A DNA stretch of 62,502 bases from Patescibacteria group bacterium. GTDB taxonomy: Bacteria; Patescibacteriota; Microgenomatia; UBA1400; UBA1449. This document shows, piece by piece, positions 36,695 to 47,566 of the stretch. The stretch covers positions 1 to 62,502 of the forward strand of contig JBMNOG010000007.1 of the NCBI GenBank assembly GCA_050942955.1, read 5' to 3'. The notes beneath the pieces were generated by a model. The model searched no databases. It worked only from the letters and a program-made list of their open reading frames with translations, and had not been told where the DNA came from. Both the position numbers and the translations under genes were made by a program. Position 1 is the first letter of the stretch, and the number at the start of each line of letters is the position of its first letter.

Positions 36695-39600
36695 CTACGG
36701 CGCCACTTCCTGCCAGGTATACTTAAAGACCTTGAGCTGATCTATCGTGCGCAGTTTTCTAAAAATATCTACCCTATAAACAAATTCTTCGGCAGGATCA
36801 CGGTGATTGCTTAAGCCAACTAACCTTGTACCCAAATCTCTTCCAAGACTGACACCTCCCCAAGCAACCACTCCACCTTCTAAGGTAAACTGCTTATCTG
36901 TTCCTTCATGATTAGCATCAGGCTCTCCATTTGATTTAACTATGAATTCACTATCAGAAAAATAGAAGCCGTGCAGCTCTTTTACCTCAGACCCTACAGT
37001 TATGGTACCACTTGCAATAAGGAGTAAGGCTCCGTTTGGTGCAACAGTTATATCCCCATCAATACTGACATCTCCGTCAACAAGTACAACATAGTACTTG
37101 CCTGCGCTCACTGTAAACTCACCAATATCTGGACCGGTAAGTTGATAAAAGCCAGATTCTCCGGGAAGTGTCTCTCCATTCCAAACGGTTAATTCATCTT
37201 CAAGTTTGTCGTACCAGAAGGAAAAATCGGGGCGATTGGTGGCATACTTTCCAGCATTTGCTGAAACCACCCGATCACCATAACTCCCCTTTCCTAAAGC
37301 AGCTGGCACACTGTGTGTCCGGGTAGCTACTCCGCTACCAGTAAAGAGATTGCTTGGAGCCGCGGTACTGGGAATCTCTGATTTAATATTACCGTTATCG
37401 GCATGGATGGATCCGGTTTGTATCTGATACCATGGATCTGAAGAGAATGTAAATTCGGTTACATCTGACTCTGTCCAGTGGTAACCATTGTGTGCCCTTC
37501 CTTGAATTTCATAGGTTTCTCCGGGAGTATACGCCATGCCAAACTGACACTTATACTCATCAAAATCACCAGTCTTTCCAGTACTAGGGCCACAAGATAC
37601 ATAATCGTTTGGCCAATCACCTTCTCCCTTCTCTCGATACCTGTACTGGAATTCATTTGGATTATCACGGCTTTGCGCACAAATGTCATCATTCATATCA
37701 ACCTGATAAATGATTTTTCCGCTGTCATGAGATTCCTCGGACACAAACTGGCCATTCATAGGAAAAATGACTTCAGGTTTTTCCGGAGCCAGACATGCCT
37801 GGCAGTAATACACTCGCAGGTTGTCAAATGCTGACTGCGGGACTCTGTCTACATTTGTTTTATCGTAAACAGTTTTGCTATAGAGGTATATATCTAAAGA
37901 GTTGTTCCCATTTTGAACCAGGGTTTTAATTCTGCCTTTTTGCCACTGACAGAAATCTTCTGAAACAGAATAGTAGTTAGTCATAAGGCCGCCCGTAATA
38001 GTCTGAAAGTGAGGCATACTCTTTCCCTCATGGTCATCAGAGTGTCCTGCGAGTTTTGCACTTATGCCATGCCCTACTAGTTCTACTAAATACTCACCTT
38101 CCTCCAGGCCGGAAATTGTCCGCGACACAACGTAGTCAGTGTATCGTTTTGACGTATCCCCTTCAATATTAACAACATGAAGGAAGGGGTTATAGTCACT
38201 TTGAATAGTTGCACAGTTACCATAGCAACCATCCCTATTTCGCAAATTACAGTCTCCATAATATGCTACTATTTCAGGGTATCCTTGGTGTATAGCCCAT
38301 CCATCTAAAGTTTGAAACTCTATCGTTTGAGTAGTCAGTACCTGGTCAGTAATATCAATTTCCTCTTTATCAGGCGAACAACTTTGATTAGATGGCTCGT
38401 ATGGCTCATAGATAGCTCGAGGATCTTCTCCTGAGAGTGTTGTGCTATCTGTGGAAGAAGTTTGTCCATCATCACACCCGGACCCAGGATCATGCCCCCC
38501 ATAGTCGACCTTGGCTTCGTAATACCCTTCAGGGTACGGCATAACCGGCATTGTTTCGTACCCGGAACCTTCAACATGGTGGGTGTTTTTTGTTTCCCAG
38601 ATACATTCCTGTGTCCGGCTGTCAGGCCCAAACCCTTTTGCCGTACACACATGGTACCCTCCCGAAACGCGGTGATCAGGAGCAGTCACTAACTTCACTT
38701 CAATTTCTTTATAGTAACAGTGATGGTCATCTTCGTGTGCGGGTTTCTGGTACACCTGCATACGCACCGGCTCGCCGACCTTTGTATTTTTATTAAGGAT
38801 TTTTAACTTGATTTCCGGATTTTTGGGATCTTCTTCCTCGCTTTTTGCACAGCACCATACATCACCATCAACCTCGCAGGCGTCTGCCGGAGTTGGAATA
38901 GTATAACCTCCCACCTGTGCACTGTAACAGTAATCTGTGTTAGTACAAAAACGGGATTCATCAGGAGCACACACACCTTCCAGCTGACAAACTGAAGAAC
39001 AACCATCGCCACTTATGGTGTTACCGTCGTCACAGCCTTCATCGCCTTCTTTTTTTCCGTCACCACAAATAGTAGTGTCTTCCAGCTGACAAACTGAAGA
39101 ACAACCATCACCACTTACAGTGTTGCCGTCGTCACAACCTTCACCAGTTTCGAGAATTCCATTACCGCAAATCGGACCCGTACTGCACGTACAATCACTT
39201 TCACTGGGACAAGCACTGTTGCGGCAATAGGCATAGTGACAATAGCCTGTTGTACAGTCGCTGTTATCAGTGCAATGTTCATTACACTGAGCAGATCCAG
39301 GTGTGCAAACTAAATAAAAATCGTGGGTAACAGTAGCTCCATTTGCTAAGTTAATAGTTGCTGTTTGCGACGTACATTCAGGATGAGTAGCAGTAAAGGT
39401 ATGTGGATTACGGCAACAGTCAAACTGTCCTTGCTCATAATTTCCGTCAGCTGTAAAAATAGCAGTCCAACTAAGCGATCCGCATCCTCCACTTCCGCTG
39501 TCGGAAATACTTATTGAGGCACCGGTAACTAACTGTCCTGTTACGCTATCAATCACTCTTCCCTTAATCGTTGCAGGGATATAGCACAAAAAAGGTTTGT

Positions 39601-40672
39601 CTGCAGGACAACCAGCATTTGAAGTACACATAATTCCACCACCTGCGAAACAGTCATCATAGTTATCGTAGCATCCTGCCGTAGAACATGATTGGGCATA
39701 TGCGGTATTTGAAAACAGGTTCAACATTTTTTCGAATAAAGATAAATTTTTTGAACTCTTTTCCTCTAACCATTTCTCGAAAGATGTATTAATTGCGGCC
39801 TTTTGTTTATCAAATACTCGAAGAACTATTACTACACTAGAGTTGTTCTGTTTAACAATAGTCTGTATCCACTTATTTTGCTCTGCGTTTTTAATAGCGT
39901 CTAAGATATCTTTATTCCAACCAACATCGTCATAAGAAAGAGGAATTTTTTCTGAAAATGCGTGAGGCGCGGGAAAATCTCCCTTTTTCACTTCTTGAAG
40001 GTTTCTTAGCGCCTCTACAACTTCTTCAAATGATTCACCACTTTGAAGCTGATTTAAAGCTAGAGAAGAATGTTCTATAATTTCTATATTCCTAGCTTTA
40101 TTACTGGATTCATCCATTAAAAAATAGAAAAAACCTTTCGCATCTACATATCCTTCTAGGTAACTTCTTGTTTTTTCTTCAAGTATTTGACTTTTTATTT
40201 TCTCTTTTGCATCATCGATTGTCCATCCGTATCTCGATATTAGAGTAAGATACTGACTTTCTCCTCCTGTAGTAGTTATTCTGTCTTTAATCACTTTTTC
40301 AATTTCTTCATTTGTGACTACCAAATTATATGCTGAGGCAGTTTCTTCAATAATTTTATTTCGCAGCAAATCTTTTTCCGTAATTTTTATTATTTCATTG
40401 TCATCATTAATCTTATTAATCTTGGTCTGGAATTTCCTCTGAAATTCTAATTCTTTCTGATACTCTTCCTTTGGCACCACATAATTACCCACGTGGACAT
40501 TTTTTCTAAAGTTATCAAGAATTGAAGGAAATTTATTGTCGATAAATTCATTGAAAAACAGCGAAACAAGGGCTAGGCCGCACACTAAAATAGCCAGCAC
40601 AGCAATGGCAATGTATTTTTTGGGGTATGTGTTTTGATTTTGCTGAACAGCAGAGAGTGTTTTCACTTCCAT
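36695..40672 (-). CDS. SurA-N-like domain fused to a Cys-rich surface protein (Myxococcus-type Cys repeats) with C-terminal domain ending WQEVAP
   Basis: TM helix, [21 protein letters not shown] (SurA N-terminal-like), two CG.G.....[18 protein letters not shown] repeats, shared C-terminal region with 31547-34480. Confidence 0.85.
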   Translation of the reverse strand: MEVKTLSAVQQNQNTYPKKYIAIAVLAILVCGLALVSLFFNEFIDNKFPSILDNFRKNVHVGNYVVPKEEYQKELEFQRKFQTKINKINDDNEIIKITEKDLLRNKIIEETASAYNLVVTNEEIEKVIKDRITTTGGESQYLTLISRYGWTIDDAKEKIKSQILEEKTRSYLEGYVDAKGFFYFLMDESSNKARNIEIIEHSSLALNQLQSGESFEEVVEALRNLQEVKKGDFPAPHAFSEKIPLSYDDVGWNKDILDAIKNAEQNKWIQTIVKQNNSSVVIVLRVFDKQKAAINTSFEKWLEEKSSKNLSLFEKMLNLFSNTAYAQSCSTAGCYDNYDDCFAGGGIMCTSNAGCPADKPFLCYIPATIKGRVIDSVTGQLVTGASISISDSGSGGCGSLSWTAIFTADGNYEQGQFDCCRNPHTFTATHPECTSQTATINLANGATVTHDFYLVCTPGSAQCNEHCTDNSDCTTGYCHYAYCRNSACPSESDCTCSTGPICGNGILETGEGCDDGNTVSGDGCSSVCQLEDTTICGDGKKEGDEGCDDGNTISGDGCSSVCQLEGVCAPDESRFCTNTDYCYSAQVGGYTIPTPADACEVDGDVWCCAKSEEEDPKNPEIKLKILNKNTKVGEPVRMQVYQKPAHEDDHHCYYKEIEVKLVTAPDHRVSGGYHVCTAKGFGPDSRTQECIWETKNTHHVEGSGYETMPVMPYPEGYYEAKVDYGGHDPGSGCDDGQTSSTDSTTLSGEDPRAIYEPYEPSNQSCSPDKEEIDITDQVLTTQTIEFQTLDGWAIHQGYPEIVAYYGDCNLRNRDGCYGNCATIQSDYNPFLHVVNIEGDTSKRYTDYVVSRTISGLEEGEYLVELVGHGISAKLAGHSDDHEGKSMPHFQTITGGLMTNYYSVSEDFCQWQKGRIKTLVQNGNNSLDIYLYSKTVYDKTNVDRVPQSAFDNLRVYYCQACLAPEKPEVIFPMNGQFVSEESHDSGKIIYQVDMNDDICAQSRDNPNEFQYRYREKGEGDWPNDYVSCGPSTGKTGDFDEYKCQFGMAYTPGETYEIQGRAHNGYHWTESDVTEFTFSSDPWYQIQTGSIHADNGNIKSEIPSTAAPSNLFTGSGVATRTHSVPAALGKGSYGDRVVSANAGKYATNRPDFSFWYDKLEDELTVWNGETLPGESGFYQLTGPDIGEFTVSAGKYYVVLVDGDVSIDGDITVAPNGALLLIASGTITVGSEVKELHGFYFSDSEFIVKSNGEPDANHEGTDKQFTLEGGVVAWGGVSLGRDLGTRLVGLSNHRDPAEEFVYRVDIFRKLRTIDQLKVFKYTWQEVAP
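38977..39143. repeat. intragenic direct repeat, 102-bp period
   Basis: CTTCCAGCTGACAAACTGAAGAACAACCATC.CCACTTA... at 38977 and 39079, encoding the Cys-rich repeats. Confidence 0.85.
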
Positions 40673-40842
40673 AGCAATCCCGAAATGGTCTCTTTAGTCA
40701 GTATAGGAGAGGCAGAACTGGCAAGTCAATAGCGGATTAAGTATCGAAACTATTATAAAAAATAACTATATATTAGTAACTTTTTTAGTTTGAGAAACTA
40801 AGTTGGAGTATTTGTGAAAAATACGAAGCAGAAAGATCGTAA

Positions 40843-40889
40843 CCGGTGGGGTCTATGCATGCTCAGAGAGCAAAACATGACCCCACCGG
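40843..40889. other. GC-rich hairpin downstream of the lipoprotein gene
   Basis: CCGGTGGGGTC ... GACCCCACCGG perfect 11-bp arms with inner TGCTC/GAGCA; no clear U-tract. Confidence 0.6.
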
Positions 40890-40907
40890 CCACAGCGACA
40901 GGAAACG

Positions 40908-41621
40908 TCAGTCAGTCGAGAAACCAATTCCTTTCAAAGGACAGCCCGGCATAACTGTCATGTCGGTCCACGTGAGGGTGTAAACAACCTCCCCTGGGTT
41001 TGTCCGACAGACAAGGTCGGCGAAAGCAGCACGAATGCTGCTTTGCCGGGCTATCTCCAATTCCGCCACCATGAGGTCTTTTACCTCAAGACCGGACAAG
41101 AGATCAGTCCGGATCTCCCTTGTCACTGTGTTAACAGCGACAAGGAGGTGAGGTTGGTACGAATCCTGAGGTTTCCATCGCAACAGGGCGGTGTAAACCC
41201 TTCCCTGTTCGAGGACGACTCCTTCGACTGGAGTCCAAGTGACCTCCGAGCTACAAACAACACCTTCCTCAGGTACCAGAAACTCCAGAGGGATCTCCTC
41301 CCCGACCGTAAGCGTCGGTTTGTGCTCCGCAGCCGTTGGCTCGGAGGTTGCCGTGGGTTCCGATGTAGCAGTCCACTCCGGCGTTGCTGTCGGAACAGAT
41401 GTTGCGGTTGGCTCGGGCGTTACTGTTGCTACAGCCGTAGCCGTAGCGGTCGGAACAAACGTTGCAGTGGGTTCGGGCGTTACTGTTGCTACAGCCGTAG
41501 CCGTAGCGGTCGGCTCGGGCGTCGCCGTCAACTCAACAGCTTGCGCTACCTGAGTTGGTGTCTGCGAGCACCCCGTAACCAACAGGACCAATACCACGAT
41601 GACGAACATTTTCGCTTTCAT
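40908..41621 (-). CDS. GC-rich Pro/Thr/Ala-repeat lipoprotein
   Basis: SD AAGGAG before ATG 41621, MKAKMFVIVVLVLLVTGC lipobox, TPEPTAT repeats. Confidence 0.75.
   Translation of the reverse strand: MKAKMFVIVVLVLLVTGCSQTPTQVAQAVELTATPEPTATATAVATVTPEPTATFVPTATATAVATVTPEPTATSVPTATPEWTATSEPTATSEPTAAEHKPTLTVGEEIPLEFLVPEEGVVCSSEVTWTPVEGVVLEQGRVYTALLRWKPQDSYQPHLLVAVNTVTREIRTDLLSGLEVKDLMVAELEIARQSSIRAAFADLVCRTNPGEVVYTLTWTDMTVMPGCPLKGIGFSTD
41401..41513. repeat. intragenic direct repeat, 60-bp period
   Basis: TCGGGCGTTACTGTTGCTACAGCCGTAGCCGTAGCGGTCGG present twice. Confidence 0.85.
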
Positions 41622-41964
41622 GATCTTCTCCTTCTTGTGTGTATAAGCGGTTACCCAGCCACGATGTAGGCCATCTTCCATTTTTTCCTCCCTAAGTGTG
41701 ATGGGCGGCAATCGAAGAAGAAAAAAGTAAAAGTAATTCTTCTCCCATTGCCACCCCTTAAAGAGGAATATTTCCTGTGCTGTGTTAAAGAGCTCCAGAA
41801 AGCAAAACACAAACGCTCTGTTTAGTCTGCTTTAAGGAATCCAATAGGATAAATCCTATAGTATCAATATTATATAATAATAGTCAAATTATAGGACATA
41901 TGCTTAAGAAGTATCCTCTACTCTAGTCCTCCTCCGGAGAGTAGCGAGAAAACTAGTATTGCTG

Positions 41965-43677
41965 TTAATTCATTTGCTCTACACTCTCATTATTAGCACC
42001 GGTTACTGTCCACACCACCCTTGAAGTGAGTAGATTTCTATCAGGGTGATCCTCACGCACCATCTCTGTAGGGTCGGTAACAATACACTCTAAGGTGTGG
42101 GTTCCAGAAAGACCCGTAAAATTATATGCAGGATTTCCCACAGATACAGTTTCCCCGTCAACCCGCCATTCAACATTAAGTGAGGGACCATCACTAGTTT
42201 TGGGAAGGGTAACAAAGAACTCGCTTTCTGTACCTGGAACCACAGCGATTGGCTCATTATTAGGAGTACTTTCGTAAATTAGGTTAAGGTCTTTGTTTTT
42301 CAGCAGTTCTAAAAGGGTAGCTTCCACAACAAGGGAACTAGGATCTCTGTAATTTTCTCCCATTATGCAGTCCCAGGTGTACTCTACTGCTCGATAATAT
42401 CCATCTCCTATTTCATATTTTGGGCCTTCCCATTTAGTTGAGTTCGGATCATCAGTAATATTAGGCGCACATGGAGGAAGTCCTTTTTCCGGAAAATCTG
42501 AGCACCCCCTAAGTTCAGAATAGGAATATATTTCTGTAACTTCTCCAATAGGTTCATAATATGGGTATATGTCTGCAACTTTTCCAAGTAAATGGAAGGC
42601 TTCATGTTCAGCTATAGCTGGTAGATCTGAGGTACACCCGGAAGCAATTGCATAGCTTATCGGAGCATGTTTCTCTCCAGGAACATTTACACCCTCATAA
42701 ACACAAGCCCCTCCAGGTGATAGGTCATATACTAAAATCACAGTCTTCATTGCTTTGATATTCCTGTGATAATCTGCTTCTGATACAACTTCAAGAAGTG
42801 GTATTAACTCTTCTTCAATAAGCTCAGAGTCAGCACTCATCCTGTGTTCTACAGTATCCCCACCCCCCGCAAATGACGACCCAAGACGGTTGTTTACCAG
42901 AGTTCCTTGTCGGTAACTATCAAAATCATTCCGGTTACATTCTCGAGAATCATCTGCGCAGTTTGGATTATAAGGAGGGTGACTAGCGCCTTCTTCCATA
43001 GAAGGAAGCGCAATAAGAGTCCACTTAATGTTGTCCCTGTACCGACTAAAGGGCTGGGTTATTGAAGTCTTTACTATAAATTCCCTGGCATACCGGTAGA
43101 ATTCATCTATCTTTTCCGCCGTAAATCCGTCACAAACAATTACCATTCTAATATCTTCTGGAAGTCCCTCTTGGTGTAATATCCGTGATTCATGCCCCTT
43201 TTCATTATTTTCATAAATTAAGCGCATGGAGTATTCAGCTTGTAAAAGTTTTTCATAATCTATCGGAGCTGACTCATGGTAACTCGGTGGAGTTTCCGGG
43301 TTTTGGTCAGAAGCGGAACTTAACACAGTGCTACTGTTTCTGGAAGCAATGATCTGGGAAATAAACGGAGAGTCCTCAACAGGAGGATTTGGCGGGGATT
43401 GATCACCTGGTAACACACCTTCATCTTCTGAAGGAGTACTTTTCTGTAGATTAGGTTCACCAATAGCCGAATTGGGGACTTCAGGCACAACAATACCATT
43501 GTCTACATCCGCAAAAATATCAGGGTAGTAATGAGTAGTAATCTTCTTTTCAGGGTTAAGAGCCTGGGCAACAACTTCAGGGGTAATAGGCATGCCGCTA
43601 GAACCAGCAGATATTATAGTTCCTGCAAGAGCTGCCCTACTAATATCCCCAATTTTCTGCCAAATTTCTTTTGACAT
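41965..43677 (-). CDS. M64 family (IgA peptidase-like) metallopeptidase with C-terminal Ig/PKD-like domain
   Basis: DIRMVIVCDGFTAEKIDEF, PFSRYRDNI, zincin HEAFHLLGKVADIY, CIMG, terminal EWRVDG...H.LECIVTDPT..VR. Confidence 0.75.
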   Translation of the reverse strand: MSKEIWQKIGDISRAALAGTIISAGSSGMPITPEVVAQALNPEKKITTHYYPDIFADVDNGIVVPEVPNSAIGEPNLQKSTPSEDEGVLPGDQSPPNPPVEDSPFISQIIASRNSSTVLSSASDQNPETPPSYHESAPIDYEKLLQAEYSMRLIYENNEKGHESRILHQEGLPEDIRMVIVCDGFTAEKIDEFYRYAREFIVKTSITQPFSRYRDNIKWTLIALPSMEEGASHPPYNPNCADDSRECNRNDFDSYRQGTLVNNRLGSSFAGGGDTVEHRMSADSELIEEELIPLLEVVSEADYHRNIKAMKTVILVYDLSPGGACVYEGVNVPGEKHAPISYAIASGCTSDLPAIAEHEAFHLLGKVADIYPYYEPIGEVTEIYSYSELRGCSDFPEKGLPPCAPNITDDPNSTKWEGPKYEIGDGYYRAVEYTWDCIMGENYRDPSSLVVEATLLELLKNKDLNLIYESTPNNEPIAVVPGTESEFFVTLPKTSDGPSLNVEWRVDGETVSVGNPAYNFTGLSGTHTLECIVTDPTEMVREDHPDRNLLTSRVVWTVTGANNESVEQMN

Positions 43678-43929
43678 AAGGATTTCTCGAAATGAGATAT
43701 TATCCTATAATACTTACTATTATAGCAGAATTGTCAATCCTATGGGATATGTAGCGTATATGTATGGTTTACGGGAGAAATAAGAAGATGAACACTAAAT
43801 ACGTAAATAGTATTTACATATCAGTAATTATATAAATGTATTCCTATAATTTATTTTTTTGGGAATATCTAAAAAACTTGAATTGAAAGCTTTTTTTGTC
43901 TTCTTAGGCGCTAACACCAACTTCTTCTT

Positions 43930-45018
43930 TTACCTTAGTCCCCCAACCACTTTCACTTTTTGCAGAAGTTGCTCATTACTCAAAACTTTGCCACAGCCAC
44001 GGGCAACACAGGTTAAGGGGTCATCAGCTATCCAAACAGGCATCTTTGTCGCTTCTGAAACTGCTTTGTCGATACCATAAAGCAAAGAGCCTCCCCCGGC
44101 CATGACAATGCCGTTTTTAAGAATATCTGCAACCAACTCCGGAGGAGTTTCTTCAAGGGTATCGGCAATAGCTGTAATGATCTGGGTAATAACGGGTGCC
44201 AACGCCTCCCTGATTTCTGTACTTGTCAGCTTCACTGACTGGGGTAAGCCTTTTTCAAGACTCCTACCCCGGGCAACATGCTGCTTTTCATTAGGAAAAG
44301 GCACAGCTGAACCAATAGCGATTTTAATTTCCTCTGCCGTTAAGCTGCCGATAATTAGTCCATGTTTGAGGCGGACAAAGTTCATAATAGCCTCATCAAG
44401 TTCATCTCCAGCCACTCTCAAACACCGCTCAATCACAATTCCTCCAAGGGAAATAACAGATATCTCTGTGGTTCCGCCACCAACATCTACAATCAGCTGT
44501 CCCTGGGGATCAAGAATTGGAATACCGGCCCCAATTGCCGCAGCCATTGGTTCTTCAATTAGGTAAGCTTTGCGCGCTCCGGACATTAAAGCTGCTTCCT
44601 GGACAGCTCTTCGCTCTACTTCAGTCACGCCCGAAGGAATGCCAATAACTACTCTGGGTCGGGGAATTTTAGGAACAACTCCATTCGTCTGGTGAATTTT
44701 TTCAACATAATACTTAATCATTGCCTGGGCAGCATCAAAATCTGAGATAACTCCGTCTCTTAGAGGCCGTATAGCTTCAATTGTGTCCGGCGTTTTGCCC
44801 AACATCTTCTTAGCCTCGGTGCCAATTGCAATGACTTTACCGATGTTGTTTCCTTGGGGAGTTACTTTGCGTTTGCGGGCAACTACAGATGGCTCCCTGA
44901 TCATAATCCCCTTGTTTTTAATAAACACCAGGGTGTTTGAGGTACCAAGGTCGATGCCAAGATCGTATGTCACAAAATCCCAGAAGTTGAAAGGGTTCAT
45001 ACTTTTCAATTCTATCAA
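43930..45018 (-). CDS. mreB: rod shape-determining protein MreB
   Basis: DLGIDLGTSNT, EPSVVA, RPLRDGVI, TEVERRAV, EEPMAAAIG, DVGGGTTE, AGGGSLL. Confidence 0.96.
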   Translation of the reverse strand: MIELKSMNPFNFWDFVTYDLGIDLGTSNTLVFIKNKGIMIREPSVVARKRKVTPQGNNIGKVIAIGTEAKKMLGKTPDTIEAIRPLRDGVISDFDAAQAMIKYYVEKIHQTNGVVPKIPRPRVVIGIPSGVTEVERRAVQEAALMSGARKAYLIEEPMAAAIGAGIPILDPQGQLIVDVGGGTTEISVISLGGIVIERCLRVAGDELDEAIMNFVRLKHGLIIGSLTAEEIKIAIGSAVPFPNEKQHVARGRSLEKGLPQSVKLTSTEIREALAPVITQIITAIADTLEETPPELVADILKNGIVMAGGGSLLYGIDKAVSEATKMPVWIADDPLTCVARGCGKVLSNEQLLQKVKVVGGLR

Positions 45019-45098
45019 ACTCTTGGTTTAATTTTGTAAGCAATGCCGTTATACTTAGTTTTTGTACAAGCAGTTACAGACTCTATATAATAGTAGTT

Positions 45099-47564
45099 AT
45101 GCCAGTTTCCAAGTTTCTTTCTAAAGTAATATACTTTTCCTACCTTTTACTGTTTTTTGTTACTCCATTTTTAATCAGCACTAAAAGCTACGAACTTTTT
45201 GAGTTTCCCAAAATGCTCTTTGTTTATGGGCTTACTGTAGTTGTAATCGGAGCCTGGGTAGGCAAGATGTTTCTAAAAGGTAAACTGTGGTGGCGGAAAT
45301 CCTGGGTTGACCCCATTTTTATCCTGATCATTGTGACTCAACTGGTTTCTACTCTTCTTTCCCTCCACCCTCACACCAGCTGGTTCGGGTACTACTCACG
45401 GTTCCATGGAGGTATGTTTTCTACTCTTTGCTATACCTTACTTACCTGGGGTTTTATTCAGAATGCTAAAAAGGAATGGGTACAGAACATTTTCCTTGCC
45501 AGTTTAGCTTCTGCAAGTATTGTCTGTTTGTACGCAGTGGCTGAACACTTTGGTATTGATGCCCATATGTGGGTTCAGGATGTGCAAAACCGGGTTTTCT
45601 CGACCTTGGGACAGCCAAACTGGCTTGCCGCCTGGGTAGGAGCACTCCTACCTATAGCTATAGCCTGGACCCTCAATCCCCCGAAAACCATTTTAACCAC
45701 CATTATTCCCCTAAACCTTCTAACAATTTCTTTAAGTTACGCTATAACCTACTTCCTTACTAAGAACCCTCTCCCTTTTTCTGGATGGAACTTGGCAGTC
45801 TTGACTGCTAACTTACTTGTATTTAACGCTTTGGTCTTTCCAAAATTAAAGATCATCCACCAGAAGCTCGAAAAGTATAGAAGTTTTACGTTTTTACTCT
45901 TGTTTGTTTTATTTGTGGCTACGATTTTTTTCACCAAATCCCGCTCAGGTATCTTGGCTCTTTTTGCCAGCACTATTATCTTTGCGGTTAGCTGGGGAAT
46001 AAACTCTTCAAAAGTAACCGCAGCTAAATCAAGGACTGCGTTAACGACTTTAGTTGGAAGCTTGGTTTTGCTTTTACTTATTATTGGCACCGAGTGGACT
46101 CCGACTTTTTCCCAATTACTTGGCAAAGATGAGCGCAAAATTAAAAACCCTTTAGCTCAAACTGTTCAAAAATCCAGCCTGCCTCATGCTGAAACAATTT
46201 CTGATAGCACAGATATCCGTAAAGTCGTCTGGAAAGGGGCATTGAAAGTAATGCAAAGGTATCCCATCTTTGGCTCCGGTACAGAGACGTTTGCCTACGC
46301 CTACTACAATGTAAGACCCCAGGAACACAACCATCTTTCTGAATGGGATTTTCTCTATAACAAAGCCCATAACGAGTACTTAAACTACCTGGCCAATAAT
46401 GGTATTGCCGGCACTACTGCTGTTCTTTTGCTCATTACTGCCATTGTCTGGATAGTAGTACGATCTCAATGGCAATTCTGGACAAAAATGGGCGGAGTCG
46501 GTCTTGCTATTGCTGTAATCCTGGCTTTAATCTTCCCTTCACTTGTTCAAAAAATCAGTAGCAAACTTCTCATTTACCCTCCTCTGGTAATACCTTTGGG
46601 GATTTGTCTTTTCATAGCTTTACTCCTCTGGTTATTTATCGCCAAAAAATATTTAAAAGGTATGGAGGTACAAAAAACCCAGCTTAATAGTATTCTTCTA
46701 GCGTCACTGACAAGTATCATTATTACAAATTTTTACGGATTTTCCGTGGTAACTGTAGCGCTGTGGTTCTTTTTCCTGCCAGTATTTTTCATTGTCACTC
46801 AGAAACAATGGGTACTTTTAGAAAGAAAACTTTATAATCCCTTAACTTCAGGAAGTGTTAATCTCATTCATATCAGTTTCGGCACATTCATCCTATTCCT
46901 CTGCTTTTTCATGCTTATCAACATTTTCTTTTACTACAAAGCAGACCAATACTATTCTCTTTCAAGAACATACCTTAGCCAGGGCGGAATTCTGGAAGCA
47001 AGTAAGAACATTGATAAAGCTCTTGAATTAAGAGGCTTTGAAGCAGACTACAATATGCAAAAGGCACTAGTTGCTTCACAAACAGCCTTCACCTTGTGGT
47101 ACAAGGATTCAAGCGACAGTACAGATCTTATAAAAACCCTTTCCCAACAAGCAGAACAAAGCACAGTAAAAGCTCTAAAGGCAAATCCGGTTCACCTTAA
47201 CATCTATAAATCCGCACTTAAGGTGTACCTAACCCTTGCTGCCATAGACAAGCAGTACTACCCTAAAGCCATTCAGGTACTGGAAACTGCTACAACACTC
47301 TCACCTACTGATCCGCAGCTCATTATTAATCTGGGAATGCTTCTTGAACAGCAAGGACAAATAGAACAGGCTGAAGCCTACCTGCAAAAAGCAGTCGCCC
47401 TCAAGCCTAACTACCGAAGAGGCTGGATTTACTTGGCTCAGTTCTATCAAAACCAAGAAATGCCTGAAAAGGCTAGTGAAGCTTATAGGTTTATCCTAGA
47501 AAACATTGATCCAACAGATAAAACCAGCTTGGAATACTTTGAGGAAACAAGAAAAGAAAGCTGA
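45099..47564 (+). CDS. O-antigen ligase-like membrane protein with C-terminal TPRs
   Basis: R.FSTLGQPNWLA, FTKSRSG, R..VWKGAL......PIFGSG.ETF, AHNEYL, many TM helices, TPR tail. Confidence 0.88.
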   Translation: MPVSKFLSKVIYFSYLLLFFVTPFLISTKSYELFEFPKMLFVYGLTVVVIGAWVGKMFLKGKLWWRKSWVDPIFILIIVTQLVSTLLSLHPHTSWFGYYSRFHGGMFSTLCYTLLTWGFIQNAKKEWVQNIFLASLASASIVCLYAVAEHFGIDAHMWVQDVQNRVFSTLGQPNWLAAWVGALLPIAIAWTLNPPKTILTTIIPLNLLTISLSYAITYFLTKNPLPFSGWNLAVLTANLLVFNALVFPKLKIIHQKLEKYRSFTFLLLFVLFVATIFFTKSRSGILALFASTIIFAVSWGINSSKVTAAKSRTALTTLVGSLVLLLLIIGTEWTPTFSQLLGKDERKIKNPLAQTVQKSSLPHAETISDSTDIRKVVWKGALKVMQRYPIFGSGTETFAYAYYNVRPQEHNHLSEWDFLYNKAHNEYLNYLANNGIAGTTAVLLLITAIVWIVVRSQWQFWTKMGGVGLAIAVILALIFPSLVQKISSKLLIYPPLVIPLGICLFIALLLWLFIAKKYLKGMEVQKTQLNSILLASLTSIIITNFYGFSVVTVALWFFFLPVFFIVTQKQWVLLERKLYNPLTSGSVNLIHISFGTFILFLCFFMLINIFFYYKADQYYSLSRTYLSQGGILEASKNIDKALELRGFEADYNMQKALVASQTAFTLWYKDSSDSTDLIKTLSQQAEQSTVKALKANPVHLNIYKSALKVYLTLAAIDKQYYPKAIQVLETATTLSPTDPQLIINLGMLLEQQGQIEQAEAYLQKAVALKPNYRRGWIYLAQFYQNQEMPEKASEAYRFILENIDPTDKTSLEYFEETRKES

Positions 47565-47566
47565 GC

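Noticed and set aside
40843-40889. Integron attC site
   Set aside because: Lacks RYYYAAC/GTTRRRY core boxes in the right positions, and no integron integrase is in the window
41043-41669. Plus-strand ORFs of 208 and 104 aa
   Set aside because: Shadow ORFs of a GC-rich repetitive minus-strand lipoprotein gene
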